From Candidatus Saccharimonadota bacterium (GTDB lineage Bacteria; Patescibacteriota; Saccharimonadia; Saccharimonadales; Saccharimonadaceae), in the NCBI GenBank assembly GCA_017514665.1, contig JAFWIX010000005.1, positions 26,991-90,990 of the forward strand: DNA of 64,000 bases, read 5' to 3'. Below the pieces are notes generated by a model. That model ran no database searches. It was not told the DNA's origin and was given only the letters and a program-made list of their open reading frames with translations. The first letter of the stretch is position 1; every line of letters begins with the position of its first letter. Positions 33,919 through 43,364 of this stretch are shown one piece after another. Position numbers and translations under genes: made by a program.

Positions 33919-34707
33919 ATGGCAGACTACATATTAATACGCAAAGGACGCAACGCTCTCAGCTCAATCATCTATATCATCTTAAATATTTTACTGGGTG
34001 TTGGTTCTATCGCCTTGACTATCATCACTAAAAGCTGGATTCCTGGTATCGCCCTGGTACTGCTTTCCAAATGGCGTATTTTTGCCGTTCGTCCATATTA
34101 TTGGTTGCTAAATATTAAATCAAACCTCGTTGATTTAATTGTCGGTTCTAGCTTTGTGCTGTTGGCATTTTCGGCTGGCGTCACTGAAATCTTACCAGTT
34201 CACTGGATCCTTGCTGCCGGTTATGCGATTTGGCTGACACTAATCAAACCTCGCACCTCGGCTCTCGCCAACGAAGCTCAGGCTCTAATTGCTGTTTTTC
34301 TCGGCATTAGCGCCGCGGTTATGCTTGGTGCTGCTTACAATTCTATTTGGTTGGTATTAGCGGCCTTTATCGTCGGTTATGGCGCTTCTCGTCACATTCT
34401 CGTTCAAAGTAGTGAAGAACACGATTTTACTCTCATTACGTTCATTTGCGGCCTTGTCGCCAGCGAAATTGCCTGGCTCTGTCACTCCTGGATGATTATT
34501 TACACTTTTGGCAATTCTGGTATTGCTTTGCCGCAACTCGCCATCATTCTAACGGTGCTTGGTTTTCTCTTTGGTCGTGTTCACAGGTCCATTCTCAAAC
34601 GTGATGGCAAATTCAAATTTGCCGATGTTGCTATCCCCACCATTTTCAGCTTTCTCATTCTTGCTATCATGATACTTTGGTTTAGTAAACCCGTCTTTGA
34701 TATTTAA
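33919..34707 (+). CDS. Conserved polytopic membrane protein of unknown function
   Basis: About 8 hydrophobic segments; LLSKWRIFAVRP motif. Confidence 0.7.
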   Translation: MADYILIRKGRNALSSIIYIILNILLGVGSIALTIITKSWIPGIALVLLSKWRIFAVRPYYWLLNIKSNLVDLIVGSSFVLLAFSAGVTEILPVHWILAAGYAIWLTLIKPRTSALANEAQALIAVFLGISAAVMLGAAYNSIWLVLAAFIVGYGASRHILVQSSEEHDFTLITFICGLVASEIAWLCHSWMIIYTFGNSGIALPQLAIILTVLGFLFGRVHRSILKRDGKFKFADVAIPTIFSFLILAIMILWFSKPVFDI

Positions 34708-34724
34708 TAAAATAAAGGAGGCCT

Positions 34725-35876
34725 ATGGAAGAACAAAATTCTTTTTCAAGCATCAAAAAACATATTAATACCAAACTTATTCTTTTCACTATTACCGGCC
34801 TAGCGCTTTTGGTTTCAATCGCTAGCCTCGCTTGCTGTGTTTACATGTTTTATCGCGGCAACACGCCTATCACTTTCAATTCCGAAAGCGATGGTAATTC
34901 CGCCAACTTTACAGAAGGTTCTATCGCTGATGTTGCCAACAAAGTTTCGCCCAGCGTAGTCTCAATCATCACCGAAACTCGCACGATGGGCTTTTGGGGC
35001 CAAGAATCTACGTCATCTGCCGCCGGTACCGGCATTGTGGTCTCCAGCGACGGCTACGTTCTCACCAACAAGCACGTCATCAACGGCGCCAACAACATCA
35101 ATGTCATCTTAGATAATGGTACTACCTATGACAAAGTTTCAGTCGTTACCACTGACCCAATCAACGATATAGCTTTTCTTAAAATTAAAGATGCTAATGA
35201 TCTCACGGTCGCCACACTCGGTAACTCCAAAACTATTAGCGTCGGTCAACAGGTAATTGCCATCGGCAACGCGCTTGGCCAATTCCAAAACACTGTCACT
35301 TCTGGTATTATTTCTGGTATCGGTCGCTCTGTTACTGCTTCCGATAGAAGTTCTTCTAGCGCTGAAGCTCTCACCGATATGATTCAAACCGATGCATCCA
35401 TTAACGCTGGTAACTCTGGCGGCCCGTTAGTCAATGCCGCTGGTGAAGTCATCGGCATCAACACCGCAGTTTCTGCCGACGGTGAAAACATCGGTTTTGC
35501 TATTCCAATTTCCAGCATCAAAGGTATGCTAAACAGCATTCTCGAAACTGGCTCGGCTGAACGCGCTTATCTCGGTGTTCATTATGTTAACGTCACTCCA
35601 GATATTGCCAAAGAATACGAGCTCCCCATCACTGCTGGCGCCTACGTCCACACTGATGATAAATATTCTTCTGTAGTCAAAGATGGTCCCGCCGACAAAG
35701 CCGGCGTCAAAGACAAAGATATTATCACCGCCGTCAATGGCACCAAAGTTGGTGCTGCCGGCTCAGTCTCCTCACTAATTGGCGAATACAAACCAGGTGA
35801 CACTGTCCAACTCACCATCCTTCGCGACGGCAAGCAAATGACTCTAAACGTGACGCTCGGTAGTTACAAACAATAA
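34725..35876 (+). CDS. htrA: HtrA/DegP serine protease
   Basis: TNKHV, DIAFLK, QTDASINAGNSGGPL, C-terminal PDZ; SD AAAGGAGG. Confidence 0.92.
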   Translation: MEEQNSFSSIKKHINTKLILFTITGLALLVSIASLACCVYMFYRGNTPITFNSESDGNSANFTEGSIADVANKVSPSVVSIITETRTMGFWGQESTSSAAGTGIVVSSDGYVLTNKHVINGANNINVILDNGTTYDKVSVVTTDPINDIAFLKIKDANDLTVATLGNSKTISVGQQVIAIGNALGQFQNTVTSGIISGIGRSVTASDRSSSSAEALTDMIQTDASINAGNSGGPLVNAAGEVIGINTAVSADGENIGFAIPISSIKGMLNSILETGSAERAYLGVHYVNVTPDIAKEYELPITAGAYVHTDDKYSSVVKDGPADKAGVKDKDIITAVNGTKVGAAGSVSSLIGEYKPGDTVQLTILRDGKQMTLNVTLGSYKQ

Positions 35877-36650
35877 ACCAAAACCATTAGTTTTTAGGTG
35901 CTTTAAAGTCTTTTCCTTGGCATATTTAATGATTTTTTGATGCTGACACGGATCTGCTTCTAGCACGAGGTACTTATCAATTTTACGCTCTGCTATTTGG
36001 TCAATTAATTCTTTGATCAGCTCTAACCCATCATCTTCTGCAAACAGAGCAATCTCTGGCTCATAATCTAAATTCTTATCCAACCAATCCCACTCGCGAT
36101 TTACGTAGGGGAGGTTAGCTACAACCACGTCATAACCTCTGTTAGGATTAAAATCACTCATCAAATCCGTCGGTGGCAAGAATCGCACCGATGCATGGTT
36201 AAAATTAGCATTAAAAATCGCTAAATCCAGCGCCTCCGGTGATATATCAGTGGCATATACCCTCGCCTTTGGCAATTGTTTCGCTAAACTAATCGCAATA
36301 CAACCGCTACCAGTACCAATATCGAGAATCTTAGGGAATCTACTGTCAATCTTCTTGGTGGCTTCTAGCGCCAAATCCACTACTAATTCCGTCTCAGGAC
36401 GGGGAATTAAAACATCACGGTTTAATCTAATCAAATTTCCATAAAACTCCGTTGCACCCATCACATAACCCATTGGCATACCATTTTTAAGATTCTTAAT
36501 CGCTGCATCAGCTTTCGCCTGGTCTTCTGTGTCAATTGCAAAGTCTTCATGCACCACGAGCCAAGATGGATCGTGCTTCAGTACCGTCGCTAAGACAATA
36601 TCGGCCTTTTTGACGTCTTTATTGTGTTTCAGCCAAGTTTTGACGTTCAT
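35844..36650 (-). CDS. prmC: Release factor glutamine methyltransferase
   Basis: [22 protein letters not shown]; downstream of prfA. Confidence 0.92.
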   Translation of the reverse strand: MNVKTWLKHNKDVKKADIVLATVLKHDPSWLVVHEDFAIDTEDQAKADAAIKNLKNGMPMGYVMGATEFYGNLIRLNRDVLIPRPETELVVDLALEATKKIDSRFPKILDIGTGSGCIAISLAKQLPKARVYATDISPEALDLAIFNANFNHASVRFLPPTDLMSDFNPNRGYDVVVANLPYVNREWDWLDKNLDYEPEIALFAEDDGLELIKELIDQIAERKIDKYLVLEADPCQHQKIIKYAKEKTLKHLKTNGFGLLFVTTERHV

Positions 36651-37665
36651 ATTTAGTCAATTCCTCTACCAAATCGTCGATATCACCATCCATCACCGCT
36701 GGAATATTGGACCTCGAATAATGAATGCGGTGATCAGTCACGCGATCTTGCGGAAAATTATAGGTACGAATCTTCTCCGAACGATCACCAGTACCAATTA
36801 AAGATTTGCGCGCATCTGAAGCTGCCGCTCTATCCTCTAATTTTTTCTTTTCTACCAATCTAGAGCGCAAAATCGCCATGGCCTTAACGCGGTTTTGTTG
36901 TTGCGAACGCTCGTCCTGCATTGCTACTACAATACCAGTTGGTAAGTGAGTAATTCTGACTGCCGAATCAGTGGTATTCACTCCCTGACCACCATGACCG
37001 CCACTTCTGTAAATATCAATTCTCAAATCCTCTGGATTGATCTCAATATCTCTTTCTTCCGCCTCTGGCAAGACCGCCACTGTCACTGTGGAAGTGTGAA
37101 TACGCCCTTGGGATTCGGTTACCGGTACGCGTTGCACTCTGTGCACGCCCCCTTCAAATTTTAATCTACCATACGCATTGTCGCCACTCACGCGGAAAAT
37201 TACTTCTTTCATACCGCCAGCTTCGTTCTCGTTTTTGGATACCAATTCAGATTTTAGGCCATGTTTTTCGGCATATTTGAGATACATTCGATAAAGTTCA
37301 GCCGCAAACAAGGAAGCTTCATCGCCTCCTGCGCCTGCTCTAATCTCAATAATTGCCGGTTTATCGTCGTCTGGATCGCGTGGCAACAGCATTTCTGCCA
37401 ATTTTTCTTGGTTTTGAACAACTTTTTTACTCAAGTTTTCCACATCCTCATGAGCCATCTCGCCAAGTTCGGGGTCGTTTTCAAGTTTTTTAGCTTCTAT
37501 TAGATTTTTTTGGTCAGTCTCAATCTCTTTTATTAAAGATATAATATCTTTTAATTCTGCCAAACGTTTCGACTTCGCAGCAAAATCTGGCCGCGCGTAA
37601 GCCTCCGGTTCCGCCAACCACTGTTCGATTTCATCAGCTTCTTGTTCAAACTTCTGTAAATCCAT
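36619..37665 (-). CDS. prfA: Peptide chain release factor 1
   Basis: RVPVTE (PxT), [16 protein letters not shown]. Confidence 0.96.
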   Translation of the reverse strand: MDLQKFEQEADEIEQWLAEPEAYARPDFAAKSKRLAELKDIISLIKEIETDQKNLIEAKKLENDPELGEMAHEDVENLSKKVVQNQEKLAEMLLPRDPDDDKPAIIEIRAGAGGDEASLFAAELYRMYLKYAEKHGLKSELVSKNENEAGGMKEVIFRVSGDNAYGRLKFEGGVHRVQRVPVTESQGRIHTSTVTVAVLPEAEERDIEINPEDLRIDIYRSGGHGGQGVNTTDSAVRITHLPTGIVVAMQDERSQQQNRVKAMAILRSRLVEKKKLEDRAAASDARKSLIGTGDRSEKIRTYNFPQDRVTDHRIHYSRSNIPAVMDGDIDDLVEELTKYERQNLAETQ

Positions 37666-37753
37666 GCTTCAATTATACCATGCTTTTAATAGTAAAAAAC
37701 AGACGACAAACCTATTATTTCGTCAAAAATCTTAATGTGTTATACTAAAAATA

Positions 37754-39478
37754 TTGAGTAATAAAATCAGGGAAAGTTTAATAAGCGCAATGAAGGGCGT
37801 AGAAAATCTTATCCATAAAATCAGAAAAAATAAACTCGTATTGAGTATATTTGTAATTATTTGCGTATCTATAGCCGCCCTATCTCCACTTCTAGGGAAT
37901 AATAGCTATATTCATGGACATGACACGACATGGCATGTCCAAACAATTGACGCCATGTCTCAACTCAAAATTGGGGAATTACTGGACGTCCGTATGGTAG
38001 GAAAAATGATGAACGATCTCGGCTACCCAGTTGGTATATTTTATCCGCAATTTGCACATATAGTAGCAACTTTTATATACAAAATAACGTCACCGCTAGG
38101 CGCATCAGTTTATGCCGCCGCCAAAGCAACACACTTTCTCATCTTATGTTTATCTGGCATCTTTATGTATTTGCTTCTACTGAAACTAACCAAAAGCCAT
38201 AAAATTTCCTTAGTTGCAGCAATAATATACATGGTAATGCCATATCATCTTGTAGATATTTTAATTCGAGACACCTTTGGCGAAGAACTCCTTTTTGTTT
38301 TTCTGCCGCTTTTGGGTTTATCCTTTTACTATCTAGCGCACGAAAAATTTGGCTTATACTTGCCTCTTTTCGTAGTAGCCTGCTTTGGTTTAGTAAACTC
38401 ACATTTAGCACTAGCTATGTATATAGCAATCTTTGGTGTTATTTTTATCCTATTGAATTTTAAAACATTCATAAATCCGAAAAAAATTTCTTTCTTAATC
38501 GCCGGAGGAATTTTAGCAATATCCGTTTGCACGCCTTTTATCCTGCCAATACTAGAGCAACACAGTACATCGGAAATCGTCGCTCTGTCTACAGACTACT
38601 TAACTGCAAATCGAGAATATCGCGCACACATAAGTCCTTACGCGCTCCTATTTTACGACCAAAACGCCGAGGTCGGCATACCATTCTTTTTAAATATTGC
38701 AGCCATAGCAATTATAGTTTATGCTCATATTTTTGGTAGCTTAAAGAACAAACAGCGAAAACAATTTTTTGTATCTTTAAGTATTATCGGCCTCATAATT
38801 ATTTTTATGATAGTGGGTATTTTTGTTAAAATGGATAGTTATCCAGAAACTCTAAAAATGATCCAATTTTTCTGGCGACTCGAGGTGATTCTAATATTTA
38901 CTTTAAGTATTCAGGCGGCCATATCATTAAAAAGTATTAGTAGTGAAAAAATAAAGTCTGCGGCTATGTTTTCCATGTTGATATTAGCAGCATTTGGTGT
39001 TGAAATTACTCTTGAACATATGCTACCGATTGAAACACGCGCAATACAACAAGAGTATGAAGAACAATACAGGTTTAGGGAATATCTGCCAGTAAAAGCC
39101 TTTGAAAATTTTGAATATCTAAAAAATAAGACGGAAGACGTCGTCGTAAAAGAAGGGGCGGCGAACGTCTCGGACGTTGTGCGCAATACTCCTAATTTAG
39201 ATTTTAAAGTTGAGACTAAAAAGGGAACAACGCTTGAACTGCCCCTGCTATACTACATAGGTTACGAAATAAAAAGCCTCGACGCCAATGAGAGCAAAGA
39301 TGTCGAATACAAGGAGAGCGAAAATGGGTTTATCGAAATATTTGTTCCTCAAAATGCAAATATAAGGGTTCGTTATGTTGGCACTAATATCATGCATATA
39401 TCAAAGGTTATCTTTTTCGTAGGCTCAATCACAACAATTATTTGCACCATATTGTTGCAAAGAAAAAATGAGCACTAG
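37754..39478 (+). CDS. Polytopic GT-C-fold membrane protein ('PTPS-related'/YfhO-like glycosyltransferase)
   Basis: GHDTTWH loop, GYPVGIFYP, MPYHLVDILIRDTFGE, QFFWR; A-rich codon usage unlike neighbours; start uncertain (TTG 37754 or ATG 37790). Confidence 0.65.
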   Translation: MSNKIRESLISAMKGVENLIHKIRKNKLVLSIFVIICVSIAALSPLLGNNSYIHGHDTTWHVQTIDAMSQLKIGELLDVRMVGKMMNDLGYPVGIFYPQFAHIVATFIYKITSPLGASVYAAAKATHFLILCLSGIFMYLLLLKLTKSHKISLVAAIIYMVMPYHLVDILIRDTFGEELLFVFLPLLGLSFYYLAHEKFGLYLPLFVVACFGLVNSHLALAMYIAIFGVIFILLNFKTFINPKKISFLIAGGILAISVCTPFILPILEQHSTSEIVALSTDYLTANREYRAHISPYALLFYDQNAEVGIPFFLNIAAIAIIVYAHIFGSLKNKQRKQFFVSLSIIGLIIIFMIVGIFVKMDSYPETLKMIQFFWRLEVILIFTLSIQAAISLKSISSEKIKSAAMFSMLILAAFGVEITLEHMLPIETRAIQQEYEEQYRFREYLPVKAFENFEYLKNKTEDVVVKEGAANVSDVVRNTPNLDFKVETKKGTTLELPLLYYIGYEIKSLDANESKDVEYKESENGFIEIFVPQNANIRVRYVGTNIMHISKVIFFVGSITTIICTILLQRKNEH

Positions 39479-39513
39479 CCCTAGTAAAAGCATGATATAA
39501 TAATATCAATCAC

Positions 39514-39590
39514 GGTTCCTTAGCTCAGTTGGCTAGAGCGTACGATTCACATTCGTAAGGTCACAGGTTCGAGCCCTGTAGGAACCACCA
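39514..39590 (+). tRNA. tRNA-Val(CAC)
   Basis: GGTTCCT acceptor, anticodon loop TTCACAT, GTTCGAG, CCA. Confidence 0.97.
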
Positions 39591-39645
39591 AACGGTTTAT
39601 GAAATTATCTTCAACTATTTCGCAATCTATAAATGCCTGTTAAAT

Positions 39646-39672
39646 CCCTCGTTAAAATAGAGGGTTATTTTT
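39646..39672 (+). terminator. Probable terminator downstream of tRNA-Val
   Basis: CCCTC-N9-GAGGG followed by TTATTTTT. Confidence 0.5.
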
Positions 39673-39769
39673 ATGCCATTTTTGCGACAAAAACATGCCA
39701 AAAATCGTAATTTACCTCTATAATTTTATCTGTTAAATCCCCAATAATTTGGTCAAAATATTTACGCAT

Positions 39770-39795
39770 AAAAAATGCCGCCAGATGCTGGCGGC
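39770..39795 (-). terminator. Intrinsic terminator ending the minus-strand non-coding unit
   Basis: GCCGCCAG-CAT-CTGGCGGC-A-TTTTTT on the minus strand. Confidence 0.8.
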
Positions 39796-40323
39796 TGGGA
39801 ACCCTTTCGGGTAGTGAAAACAATATTTTATCTTTTTCCTATTTTTTTCCAGATTGAGCAGTACTACTCTGCAAAGCTCTTTTGCAATCTGAATGATTGT
39901 ATGGGCAAGTATAAAACATCTTCGCATTCTCTTCTGATGATATGATCATAGTCATACGTTCTTCCAAAAATGTTTTTTCACTTAAAGTACTACTACCGAC
40001 AAAGAATATGGCTAAAGCCACTAAAGATTCCTCTCGTTTTGCCAAGCATTCCCGCTTAGACGACTTCTAATATTTCCCGCTATGACGGGAGCAATAAGAA
40101 GTTGCACTCGTCTAACGAGCTACGGTTCAGCCTTAAGACTTGTTTTCTTTTCGACTACGCATAGATTTCAGGATTCCATCCGGCTATGCCGTACGATCAA
40201 CTGAGGTTATCGTATCGAGTTTCAATAATCAGTGCATGATTATCAGAAAACTTACCTTACAAACAAACGTATCAGAATCATTCTTAAGTTACGCGACTCT
40301 TCGTCTCCCATAACTCGGAGCAT
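39770..40323 (-). ncRNA. Candidate large (~555 nt) highly structured ncRNA
   Basis: Bounded by a consensus promoter and an intrinsic terminator; no credible long ORF; more than a dozen hand-identified helices including long-range pairs. Confidence 0.65.
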
Positions 40324-40329
40324 GCATTA

Positions 40330-40358
40330 ATTATAGCACACTTTGGCAAAAAAGTCAA
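40330..40358 (-). promoter_or_regulatory. Sigma70 promoter for the candidate ncRNA
   Basis: TTGACT-17 nt-TATAAT with extended TG. Confidence 0.8.
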
Positions 40359-40447
40359 TAGTTTTTATGCTTTTTCCGACAAACAGTCAAATATTCTCCC
40401 TATATTCTGTTAAAACCTGGTTAATTAACTCCCACCATTTTTTTAGT

Positions 40448-41596
40448 TCAGTTCAGATCGGATTCGCCATATTTTTTATAAAACTCCTTAATCATCGGGA
40501 TCTGATTAATATACTTGTCCATGCCCACATATTCGCCCACCAACCCCCTACGATCCTTGGCGTCCCCCCAATATCCCCCTCCCTTGCGACCGTCTTGGTA
40601 AGCCATACCAGGAATATGATACTCATACAATGGGGTGACTAATGAGCCAGGTTCTACAAATTCTTCTTTTACCCCTAAAGATGAGATCTTTACGTTTTGA
40701 CACTCAACTCCGCCCACCCAAGCTCGACCTTCATCGTTTTGAAAGATAAGATATTTTAAACTCCCATCCTGTGACAAAAAGCTACGCGCAATAACGTCCC
40801 CATAAATATCACTTTTAGTCCGCCAGCTATCAATACAATTATCAAAAACAGGGGATAAGTTTTCTGCAATCCGACATTCTGCCGGATCTGCGATTTCAGC
40901 ATACAATGCAACGTCGTGCCGTTCTTGGCTTTTATCTATATGTCCCGGAGTTAAACTATCATTCTCAAAACCAGCACGCTTGTGAACAAAACCCGATATG
41001 TCACCGCTTTCCGAAGTTGTCACCTTATAGTCCTTAACAAGCTTATTCAGCGCTCCTAATGGCACACCTTCAACCATCGGGTGTTCTAAAAGCACTCTCT
41101 CTATCGCCGACTGCAATTCAAATGGAGCATTAATTGCATTTTCACCATAATCAGATTTGCAATAATGACTATTGTTTAATTTTGGCAAGAATCGCCAAAG
41201 CATAGAAGAATTACTGCGATAAAATAGTCGTGGCTCAAATTTTTCTTCGTCCTCTGTTTTTACATAAATTACAAGGTGAGGGCGCTCTCCGCATTGCATA
41301 ATATCGGATAAATAGAGCTCCGCCCCATCAATTTTCCCAATCTCGTATTTTGGAGCCGCCTCCTCGGCAACATACTCTCTACCTATCTTACTATTAAAAT
41401 GCGTCTTTTGCAAAACTCCTTCTATTTCATCTTTAGATAATTCTTTATACTCGAACCTCTTATTCTCACTATTGTCCTGGCGCTCTGTTTTAAATTTCTC
41501 AAAATCAGTCGATGCCGCCCCCATAGACTCTAAATCATTCAGCTCTGTTTCGTTATAATTTGCAATACCTTCATAATTTGTTGAGATTTTTTCCAT
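40448..41596 (-). CDS. Hypothetical protein (382 aa)
   Basis: Long ORF with acidic N-terminus and LFYRSNSSMLWRFLP..HYCKS motif; family not recognised. Confidence 0.75.
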   Translation of the reverse strand: MEKISTNYEGIANYNETELNDLESMGAASTDFEKFKTERQDNSENKRFEYKELSKDEIEGVLQKTHFNSKIGREYVAEEAAPKYEIGKIDGAELYLSDIMQCGERPHLVIYVKTEDEEKFEPRLFYRSNSSMLWRFLPKLNNSHYCKSDYGENAINAPFELQSAIERVLLEHPMVEGVPLGALNKLVKDYKVTTSESGDISGFVHKRAGFENDSLTPGHIDKSQERHDVALYAEIADPAECRIAENLSPVFDNCIDSWRTKSDIYGDVIARSFLSQDGSLKYLIFQNDEGRAWVGGVECQNVKISSLGVKEEFVEPGSLVTPLYEYHIPGMAYQDGRKGGGYWGDAKDRRGLVGEYVGMDKYINQIPMIKEFYKKYGESDLN

Positions 41597-41656
41597 GTTG
41601 CATACCTATTTATTAATTCTCATATTAATGATAGCATATCCATAGAATATTCTAAT

Positions 41657-41684
41657 AAAAAATCCCGCCATTTGCATGACGGGA
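41657..41684 (-). terminator. Intrinsic terminator after the 157-aa gene
   Basis: TCCCGTCAT-GCAA-ATGGCGGGA followed by a T-run on the minus strand. Confidence 0.7.
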
Positions 41685-41692
41685 CATGAGGG

Positions 41693-42166
41693 TCACAGGA
41701 GCTTGATATAGTTTTCGTTAATCCAGACAATTCCGTCCGGATCGTCTTTTATTTTCTCTGGAAACCAGCTCTTTCCTTCAGCTGTATCTAGAATATCAGA
41801 CACCTTCAAGCCAATGTATTTTCCATTGGTATCCAGACTTTTATCCATAGTATACACCTTCGAAACTTCAAGAGTGAAGTTACACTCTTTGGTAGTTCCA
41901 AAAGAGTTGCTCTCAGGAGAAGCGGCTGCAGCGATTGGTTCCGAGCGTACGTTCGGACAGTCATCGATGATCTTTACGCAAGATGCATTGAGCACTGTCT
42001 TCTCGTACAGGTCGCCATAATCTCTGCTGATTTCATGGTTCGTGCACACGTATTTAATTGCACAACCAAATACAAACGCTGCTGCCAGGAACAGCAACGC
42101 AGCAATAACGATTGTAGCCATACCCTTCAGACCAGTACGCCTGAGGTAATTATCGATATTTTTCAT
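41693..42166 (-). CDS. Membrane-anchored protein with possible SH3b-like domain
   Basis: N-terminal TM; PNVRSEP ... VWINENYI resemble the first and last strands of SH3b. Confidence 0.6.
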   Translation of the reverse strand: MKNIDNYLRRTGLKGMATIVIAALLFLAAAFVFGCAIKYVCTNHEISRDYGDLYEKTVLNASCVKIIDDCPNVRSEPIAAAASPESNSFGTTKECNFTLEVSKVYTMDKSLDTNGKYIGLKVSDILDTAEGKSWFPEKIKDDPDGIVWINENYIKLL

Positions 42167-42296
42167 ACTATCACTCCCTTTCTGTTCCCATAACCCTATC
42201 TATATAAATGTACTAAATACAATATTTCTGATTGTCATATAATTATAGCACAAACGCTTTATTTTGTCAATACCTGCTTAGCTCACTCCACCAGAT

Positions 42297-42518
42297 TTAC
42301 TCTGAGATTTCAATTATTTTATGTTTAGAGGTTGCGCCCTTTACTATCTGTATTTTAGTCTTAGACACTCCAAAATGTTTCGCTAATAATTCAATCGTTG
42401 CTTTGTTAGCTTCGCCGTCATGAGCTTTTTTGCGGGTCCTGACAATCAATTCACCTTCACCAGCCCCTATTACTTCTTCTTTGAAACTCCTCGGTTTCAC
42501 CATTACATGGTAAATCAT
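42297..42518 (-). CDS. DUF167/YggU family protein
   Basis: VMVKPRS, AHDGEANKATIELLAKHFGV, GATSKHK. Confidence 0.85.
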   Translation of the reverse strand: MIYHVMVKPRSFKEEVIGAGEGELIVRTRKKAHDGEANKATIELLAKHFGVSKTKIQIVKGATSKHKIIEISE

Positions 42519-43021
42519 ATTCTTTCCACCACCGCCCGTAATATCTCTGGTAATTTTGTTTTTTCCTCTAGCGTAAATTTACTCAGCACAAAATCTACAT
42601 CGCCCAATTTGCGGCGCATTTCATTATTATCAGTACCTAATCTCAATCGAGGATAGTCCGAAGTCCCTAGATGTTTAGTGATAGATTTAAGACCATTATT
42701 GCCCCCATCTGATCCCTTAGCGCGATAACGCATCTCACCAAAATCCAGATTAAAATCATCACAAATTATCAAAATATCAGCCAATTTAATCTTATAAAAA
42801 TCTTTGAAGGCGCGCACCGGAATGCCGCTGTCATTGTAAAACGACTGAGGTTTGATAAAAATCGTATCATCTTCTTTATGATAAATCGCCCCAAACTTAG
42901 GGTGCTCCGCCCATTGCCAACCCTTTATCTTGGCATAAAAATCCAACGCCAAAAAGCCAAAATTATGACGCGTAAAGTTATACTGATCGCCCGGATTCCC
43001 CAGGCCAACAATAAGCTTCAT
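42515..43021 (-). CDS. pth: Peptidyl-tRNA hydrolase
   Basis: LIVGLGNPG, TRHNFGF, GGNNGLKSI, RLRLG. Confidence 0.95.
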   Translation of the reverse strand: MKLIVGLGNPGDQYNFTRHNFGFLALDFYAKIKGWQWAEHPKFGAIYHKEDDTIFIKPQSFYNDSGIPVRAFKDFYKIKLADILIICDDFNLDFGEMRYRAKGSDGGNNGLKSITKHLGTSDYPRLRLGTDNNEMRRKLGDVDFVLSKFTLEEKTKLPEILRAVVERI

Positions 43022-43116
43022 GACCTTATAATAGCTTAAACTAGGGCGAAAAGCAACTTTGCTTGCAAAAAATCATAATTTATGTTATAACGTGACTAAT
43101 CGTTAGGTTAAATAAT

Positions 43117-43356
43117 ATGAAAAGATTATTATTTCTAGCTGGGTTGATTTTGGCCCTCTATGGATTGGCTGTTTTTGTCTATTTTCCCATGTTCCGAGAA
43201 AACATTAACGCCACCTATGATTACTACGACAAAATTTGCGATATAGTCTATTCTGGCAACGCTAGCACAGCAGAATACAATACCTGCGCTACGTCAACTG
43301 AAATTCAAAACCACAAAAAAGCCCCGAATTATTCCGAGGCTTTTGCTCAAAAGTAA
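43117..43356 (+). CDS. Small membrane hypothetical protein
   Basis: Hydrophobic N-terminus; TGTTATAAC -10 upstream; 3' end runs through a terminator hairpin. Confidence 0.45.
   Translation: MKRLLFLAGLILALYGLAVFVYFPMFRENINATYDYYDKICDIVYSGNASTAEYNTCATSTEIQNHKKAPNYSEAFAQK
43317..43344. terminator. Bidirectional terminator-like hairpin
   Basis: AAAAGCCCCG-AATTATTC-CGAGGCTTTT between convergent genes. Confidence 0.55.
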
Positions 43357-43364
43357 ACACTAAA

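Noticed and set aside
39733-40045. Short ORFs (64 and 68 aa) inside the ncRNA candidate
   Set aside because: No SD or leaderless -10, no recognisable motifs, and one runs through the terminator; extensive base pairing explains the region better
40090-40135. Group II intron domain V-like TACGGTTC
   Set aside because: No matching GAGCCG 5' arm or AGC/CGC triad; no intron boundaries or RT
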